Below are positions 27,645 through 32,000 of a stretch of 32,000 nt of DNA, one piece after another (the first letter of the stretch is position 1; every line of letters begins with the position of its first letter). The notes beneath the pieces are model-generated. The model saw only the letters and a list, made by a program, of their open reading frames with translations. It made no database searches and was not told the origin of the DNA. The DNA comes from Candidatus Saccharimonadota bacterium (GTDB taxonomy: Bacteria > Patescibacteriota > Gracilibacteria > Absconditabacterales > Absconditicoccaceae): NCBI GenBank assembly GCA_030429145.1, contig JAUIDC010000001.1:60001-92000 (forward strand), given 5' to 3'. The position numbers and the translations under genes are program-made.

Positions 27645-28649
27645 ATGAAAATGCAAAACATCAGCGCCATGTGGCGCACGAAATTGATCATTATCATAAT
27701 GTTGTCATCTATTGGCTTCATTGGCTGTACAGGCTCCTCAAATTCTGAAACTCCTGTACGACAGAGAACACAAACGCAGCACTCTTCAGGCACTCCTCCT
27801 GCAAAAACACCTGCAGAAATACGTTCAGACTCTCTGGCACGTATTGATGAGCAAGAGCAACGCACGAGAGACAGCGTCATTCGTAATGTAAGCGTTGGTG
27901 ATATTATCATCAAGCCCGATAACAGCTACACGCTCAGCGAGCGCCTTGACTACGATCACGTATTACCCCTGCATGAGATATATACTTACTTCACACAGGG
28001 TGATATACTGAGTGTTCAGCGCTATACACAAGGAGATATACTCAGTGTTCAGCACTATCAGTTTAGGCTCTGGCAAGTAAAGGGAAAGTTCTTAGCTGCA
28101 ATTGGTTACCGTGGTAACAGTACGGATGCCTGGGCTAGCTCACTCAACGAAGCACTCAAACTATTTGAGCCAGCTCTCACATCAACAGACAAAAAACTCA
28201 TCAGAGGTAGTCTGGAAGAACACTCTATGCTCATGGGCAATCTTGCCAAACTTTCAGATGCAGATATGAATAAACTCATATCTATCATGGATACTATTGT
28301 CAGTAAACAAAATGACAATGGCTCATGGGTTACTTCTGGAGAAGGAGACAGTTTATTGATGATACAACACACTCTCCTCTCCAAAGTCTGGAAGATGCCT
28401 AAACTAGTAAAAGGAGAAGGCTACTACGGTGAAACGAACTGTCACTACTTGGGTCAATACACCAAAGAGTACTACGGTGGCCGCATCTGGAACACAAGGT
28501 ATTTAAACCGATTCCAGTTTGCAGCAGGATTTTTCCATCGTAGGTGCATAGATGCCGTAGCTCATACAGCAGCAGAGAGAAAGACCGTCGGCAAAAAAAT
28601 TGCAGAACTTATGAAGGACGCCGCAAGCAAGCTGACAGATGATGTGTAA
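27645..28649 (+). CDS. putative lipoprotein, 334 aa, function unknown
   Basis: Intact ORF with no TGA. It has a signal peptide with a lipobox-like SSIGFIGC, then a low-complexity Ser/Thr/Pro/Gln linker. No domain recognised. Confidence 0.6.
   Translation: MKMQNISAMWRTKLIIIIMLSSIGFIGCTGSSNSETPVRQRTQTQHSSGTPPAKTPAEIRSDSLARIDEQEQRTRDSVIRNVSVGDIIIKPDNSYTLSERLDYDHVLPLHEIYTYFTQGDILSVQRYTQGDILSVQHYQFRLWQVKGKFLAAIGYRGNSTDAWASSLNEALKLFEPALTSTDKKLIRGSLEEHSMLMGNLAKLSDADMNKLISIMDTIVSKQNDNGSWVTSGEGDSLLMIQHTLLSKVWKMPKLVKGEGYYGETNCHYLGQYTKEYYGGRIWNTRYLNRFQFAAGFFHRRCIDAVAHTAAERKTVGKKIAELMKDAASKLTDDV
27993..28058 (+). repeat. tandem duplication, 2 x 33 nt, inside the lipoprotein gene
   Basis: Unit 1 (27993..28025) reads acacagggtgatatactgagtgttcagcgctat. 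Unit 2 (28026..28058) reads acacaaggagatatactcagtgttcagcactat. They encode TQGDILSVQRY and TQGDILSVQHY and differ mostly at synonymous positions. Confidence 0.9.
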
Positions 28650-28673
28650 TGATTTTACAACAAACTATTGAAT

Positions 28674-28698
28674 AGCCCCCGTATATCGTGGGGCTTTT
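28674..28698 (+). terminator. rho-independent terminator after the lipoprotein gene
   Basis: Stem agcccc/ggggct (28674..28679 with 28690..28695) followed by TTTT. Confidence 0.75.
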
Positions 28699-28774
28699 CC
28701 TTTATGTTTTTTATTTGCTTTTGTTTTCGCAACTATTATAAAATAATATCTTTTTTATAATGTATGATAGACAC

Positions 28775-29113
28775 ATGGAAGAAAATATGATTTTTGTTTT
28801 TTGGTTGGCCTTGATTATTCTCTTTTTCGTTGCGGGACGAAAAATCTATGCTAAGGCTGGAAAACCTGGACGAGCAAGCATTATCCCTATCTATAATGCG
28901 TACACATGGATGCAAATTGCAGGAAGAAAATGACGAGAATTTCTTCTCCTTCTAGTACCTATCTACAATATCTATTTGACGTTTGTCATCAACATTGCTA
29001 TCGCAAAAAAGTTCTGAAAAAGCACAGCATTTGGTATAGGATTAGTATTCTTATCACCGATATTCATCCTTATTCTTGCTTTTGGAAAAGCATCGTATAA
29101 CCCATCTGCTTAG
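28775..29113 (+). CDS. DUF5684-like small membrane protein, 112 aa, 2 in-frame TGA
   Basis: Absent from the track as a single ORF. The rebuilt protein reads ..KIYAKAGKPGRASIIPIYNAYTWMQIAGRK[G]REFLLLLVPIYNIY...AKKF[G]KSTAFGIGLVFL... This matches the KAGKPGWA.LIPIYN / FGKS pattern of DUF5684, recognised from memory. Ends in TAG. Confidence 0.7.
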
Positions 29114-29130
29114 CTTTAAGAAGCAACATG

Positions 29131-29159
29131 AAAGCTCTTCAGTGAGCTTTTTTATTTTT
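29131..29159 (+). terminator. rho-independent terminator after the DUF5684 gene
   Basis: Stem aaagctc/gagcttt (29131..29137 with 29144..29150) followed by a T-rich run. Confidence 0.65.
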
Positions 29160-29171
29160 CTCACTTTCTGC

Positions 29172-30143
29172 ATGAAAAAAGGTATTCTCTTTGTCTGTTC
29201 CCTCCTTCTATGAGGGTTGAACATCCTACCAGTGTTTGCACAAGACACGATAGAGATGATGGATCCACCAGCATTGACCGACTACGTAACAGACTTTTCA
29301 AATGTACTAGATAGCGATACACTCAATGCTCTCAATAGTCGTGCCGCTCTCTATGAGCAAGAACATGGGCCACAAATTGTCACTGTGCTTTTCCCTCATC
29401 GTCAAGGATATGATCTTTTTAGCATAGCACTTAATATCTTCAATAGTAATGGTATTGGAAGTGCAGAAAAAAATGACGGGCTATTGTTGGTGATAGCTAC
29501 TGAAGAGAAAAAGATCCGTATCATGGTAGGATATGGCCTCGAGTCACAGATACCTGACCTACTCGCGAGTGATATCATAGAAAAAGATGTGAGACCTCTT
29601 GTCAATCAGTGAGACTTTAGTGGAGCGGTAAAAGCATTTTATGATAGAGCGACAACAGCCATAGCTACCAATGAAGGAGCGCGTTTTCAAGAAAGAGATA
29701 GATCTATTTCATTGAGTGATACAGAGCTACTGATCAACATCATCTTGGCAATTATCGTCTTTGCTATTGACGCTGCTTATGCAAGAAAAGCAAAAAAATT
29801 AGCAAAGATCAGGAAAGAAAACAAGGAGAAAAACAAAGACCAAAAGATAAAAAAACTTGTACCACGGCCAGTCATTCTCCTCTTTGTTTTTCATACCAGT
29901 GTGATATTTTGATTTATCATGCCCATATGAGGCAGCTACATAGGTTCCTATCTCTTCGGACCAGCGGCCGCAGCATGGATAGGCATCATCGTTTTTGCCA
30001 GATGGATTGGCGTCGGAGGTAGCAGGCGCTGATGATCATCAAGCAGTAGTTCGGGATGACGATCAAGTTCAAGCTCCTCAAGCAGTAGCAGCAGTTTTTC
30101 ATGATGAGGTGGTTCTTCAGGTGGTGGATGAGCTGGAGATTAG
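29172..30143 (+). CDS. TPM-domain (YgcG / TLP18.3-like) membrane protein, 323 aa, 10 in-frame TGA
   Basis: The signal peptide MKKGILFVCSLLL[G]GLNILPVFA is joined to track ORF 29217..29612, which carries the TPM pattern VTDFSNVL....L......YE.......V.V......G......A...F...GIG....NDGLLLV.......IRI.VGYGLE. The frame continues through TGA 29610, 29910 and 29928 into TM segments and a Gly/Ser tail. Ends at TAG 30141..30143. Confidence 0.85.
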
Positions 30144-30180
30144 ATACAAAATATATTTTGTATACAACATTTCGTTGTAT
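30144..30180 (+). promoter_or_regulatory. operator-like array of ATACAA/TTGTAT half-sites (a 20-nt perfect palindrome plus an adjacent 7-bp inverted repeat)
   Basis: 30144..30163 reads atacaaaata|tattttgtat, a perfect palindrome. 30162..30168 (atacaac) pairs with 30174..30180 (gttgtat). The array lies immediately after the TPM stop codon and overlaps the predicted -35 and spacer of the pilin 2 promoter. Confidence 0.45.
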
Positions 30181-30186
30181 TATAAT
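30158..30186 (+). promoter_or_regulatory. candidate sigma70-type promoter for pilin 2
   Basis: TTGTAT (30158..30163), a 17-nt spacer, then a perfect TATAAT (30181..30186), 55 nt upstream of ATG 30242. Confidence 0.5.
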
Positions 30187-30241
30187 AAGAAATCTATACG
30201 AATAGGTTGATATAAGGTTTAGTTGAGCTTCAAACACACAG

Positions 30242-30928
30242 ATGAAACAAAAAAGAGTATTTTCTTTTACGTTGATAGAGATGCTGATAGTCATTGTGAT
30301 TATCGGTATTTTGGCGGCTGCTCTCGTGCCGAGACTCGCGGACGTTCAGGGAAGAGCACGTAACGTGCAGAGAAAAGCAGATATCGCTACGCTTACCAAT
30401 GGGATAAAGATCTACTACTCTGACTATGGGAATTATCCAAGAGGACTCGGACATATGGTGACGGGAAACATTATGACGTCACTACCAAAAGACCCTCAGA
30501 TGTCTCAGAGACATCCTTGTTCTTGGTGGCCTGAAGGATGGTGAACTGGCGCACTTGCAGACTGATACTACTTCACTTCTGGATTTTACAATGACTCATA
30601 TAATTGTGGTAGTGCGATTGAAAATTGTAGCTCTGCACACTACTGATATCTCTATATTAGTTGTGCAGCCAATCCGACCAACTGTAAATTTGCAGGAGTC
30701 TGAGCTATGATGGAAAATGATGGCTCTATCAATTCATATGGCGGCACTGTGAGTACAGGCGCATATTATGCATGTAACCGAGGTAACAACTACGCAGAAC
30801 GATGACGATACACTCCTTATGGAAAATACTATGCTCGACAACTTGTCATGGGTGAAATGGCATGAGGATTAAACAGTAAGGGGAAACTATTTCTTCGTGT
30901 CTTTGTCAATGGAGATGTGAGGTATTAA
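30242..30928 (+). CDS. type IV pilin / pseudopilin-like protein (pilin 2), 228 aa, 6 in-frame TGA
   Basis: N-terminus MKQKRVFS/FTLIEMLIVIVIIGILAAALVPRL. The track ORF ends at TGA 30542..30544. A codon-by-codon read continues through TGA 30563, 30644, 30701, 30803 and 30863 to TAA 30926..30928, adding a Cys/Tyr/Gly-rich domain of 128 residues. Confidence 0.8.
30266..30318 (+). repeat. 53-nt stretch identical to the reverse complement of 1833..1885
   Basis: See the partner repeat at 1833..1885. It encodes FTLIEMLIVIVIIGILAA in both pilin paralogs. Confidence 0.9.
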
Positions 30929-30955
30929 AATATTTTACCGTACTGATATCATAAA

Positions 30956-31501
30956 ATGCCAAACATAATCCCTAACTATTTTCTCTCTACATTACAATCT
31001 CGCTTTGAAAAACACATGCATCGTCACAAAGGTATGGCGTGGAAGAAAGTGCAGGCGAAGTTAGAGACAAATAGTAAAAAGCTTGAGACTCTTTTTGCCA
31101 TGGAAGAGACTGGTGGAGAACCAGATGTTATTGGGTACGACAAAAAGAGTGATGAGTATATTTTTTGTGACTGCTCTGCTGAGAGTCCGAAAGGACGTAG
31201 GAGTCTTTGCTATGATGAAGCTGCTCTCAAGTCAAGAAAAGAACACAAGCCCAAAGACAGCGCTCTGAATATGGCAAAAAAAATGTGAATTGAGATCTTA
31301 GATGAAGAACAATACAGATACTTACAGGAACTCTGAGAGTTTGATCTGAAAACATCGAGTTGGATCAAAACCCCTGCTGAAATAAGAAAGCTTGGATGAG
31401 CAATTTTCTGTGATCGTCGTTATGACACAGTTTTCACCTATCACAACGGCGCAGAGTCTTACTATGCTTCTAGAGGATTTCGCGGCATAGTGAGAATATA
31501 G
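30956..31501 (+). CDS. DUF4256 family protein, 181 aa, 3 in-frame TGA
   Basis: ORF 30956..31288 continues through TGA 31286, 31334 and 31397. Motifs include ..GGEPDVIGYD....EYIFCDCSAESPKGRRSLCYD.., AKKM[G]IEIL, LQEL[G]EFDLKTSSW, IRKLG[G]AIFCDRRY and YHNGAESYYASRGFRG. Ends at TAG 31499..31501. Confidence 0.8.
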
Positions 31502-31531
31502 ATTGAAACAATTTACTTATGAGATAGCTCC

Positions 31532-31882
31532 ATGCAAAACACCAAAATCTTTACGATGCCATTTGCCAAAGTCTATCCGATGTATATCCAGAAGGCAGAA
31601 AAGAAAGGACGTACTAAAGACGAAGTCGATATCATTATTTGTTGGCTAACAGGATACACCAAGAAACAACTTGAGAAACAAATCAAACAACAAAATGATT
31701 TTCAAACTTTCTTTGCCGAAGCACCATCACTGAATCCAAATGTTTCAAAAATTACTGGCGTCATTTGTGGTTATCGCGTAGAGGATATACAAGATCCACT
31801 GATGCAAAAAATTCGTTATTTAGATAAGCTTATTGACGAGTTAGCTAAGTGAAAAGCGATGGAAAAAATTTTGAGAGAATAG
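31532..31882 (+). CDS. DUF2200 family protein, 116 aa, 1 in-frame TGA
   Basis: [35 protein letters not shown]...NP....[32 protein letters not shown][G]KAMEKILRE matches DUF2200, recognised from memory. TGA is at 31850..31852. Ends at TAG 31880..31882. Confidence 0.8.
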
Positions 31883-31898
31883 ATATGCTCCATTGATA

Positions 31899-32000
31899 CT
31901 ATCTATGTTTTCCCCACTCACGATGAATCAATGCCTCTAGCTCTTTAAAGTTTATTTTCAAAGCCCCAGAGGTCATGGTAAGTGGAGATCCACACATCTC
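31899..32000 (-). CDS. 3' end of an unidentified gene (partial; continues beyond the window)
   Basis: An open minus-strand frame runs from the window edge (..EMCGSPLTMTSGALKINFKELEALIHREWGKHR) to TAG 31899..31901. Only 33 codons are visible and there is no family assignment. Confidence 0.3.
   Translation of the reverse strand, partial: EMCGSPLTMTSGALKINFKELEALIHREWGKHR

Noticed and set aside
3023-28649. Using the absence of TGA in the two longest orphan genes (3023..3868 and 27645..28649) as evidence for horizontal acquisition from a standard-code donor.
   Set aside because: TGA usage per Gly varies widely between clearly native genes, from 3 in the 713-aa PNPase to none in greA and gatC. 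With 14 and 23 Gly residues, zero TGA is only mildly unlikely. A genome-wide codon-usage test would be needed.
1-32000. Interpreting the fragmented conserved genes (sufB, uvrC, pnp, gatA, gatB, fmt and others) as pseudogenes in a decaying genome.
   Set aside because: All interruptions are TGA and none are TAA or TAG. No frameshifts are needed to join fragments. The TGAs sit on conserved Gly positions, and every rebuilt gene has a full-length, motif-complete product ending in TAA or TAG.
1-32000. Reading UGA as Trp (code 4) or as selenocysteine instead of Gly.
   Set aside because: The aligned family positions are Gly (QAGLSW, EGC, IGKGG, GGGG tails), not Trp or Cys. About 100 occurrences are spread across all gene classes, which rules out Sec. 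Trp is still encoded by TGG at conserved Trp positions, for example PWRRV and LSW.

Overview
AT-rich bacterial chromosomal window with about 40 protein genes. I found no rRNA, tRNA, CRISPR array or IS element. The main observation is that the supplied standard-code ORF track is misleading. Nearly every conserved gene (tag, sufB, uvrC, prmC, pnp, fmt, gatA, gatB and others) is cut into same-frame pieces by in-frame TGA only. Those TGAs fall on conserved glycine positions, and every reconstructed gene ends in TAA or TAG. The window therefore uses UGA=Gly (translation table 25), which is known from Absconditabacteria/SR1 and Gracilibacteria in the CPR/Patescibacteria. I cannot tell which of the two lineages this is. 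All CDS coordinates below were rebuilt by hand with TGA read as Gly.

Gene content:
- DNA repair: tag, an alkyltransferase-like (ATL) protein, uvrC.
- Fe-S assembly: a lone sufB.
- Translation and RNA: prmC, pnp, greA, an HPF-like protein, yidD joined in frame to fmt, and a gatCAB operon.
- Salvage and housekeeping: nucleoside hydrolase, MazG-like NTPase, SDR oxidoreductase, DMT transporter.
- Envelope and surface: two type IV pilin-like paralogs, an LRR plus SLH-like surface protein, an SLT-like transglycosylase, SIMPL, a TPM-domain protein, DUF5684, a lipoprotein.
- Several orphan proteins of unknown function.

Observations worth following up:
- the recoding itself;
- a stop-less YidD-Fmt reading frame;
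- an unclassified structured-RNA candidate between convergent genes (15271..15441);
- the pilin paralogs, which share a 53-nt identical inverted repeat about 28 kb apart;
- a palindromic operator-like array over the promoter of pilin 2;
- a UvrC that appears to lack its C-terminal (HhH)2 domain, with an ATL gene directly downstream;
- a PrmC with NLPY in place of NPPY.

I found no recognisable defence system, prophage or secondary-metabolite cluster.
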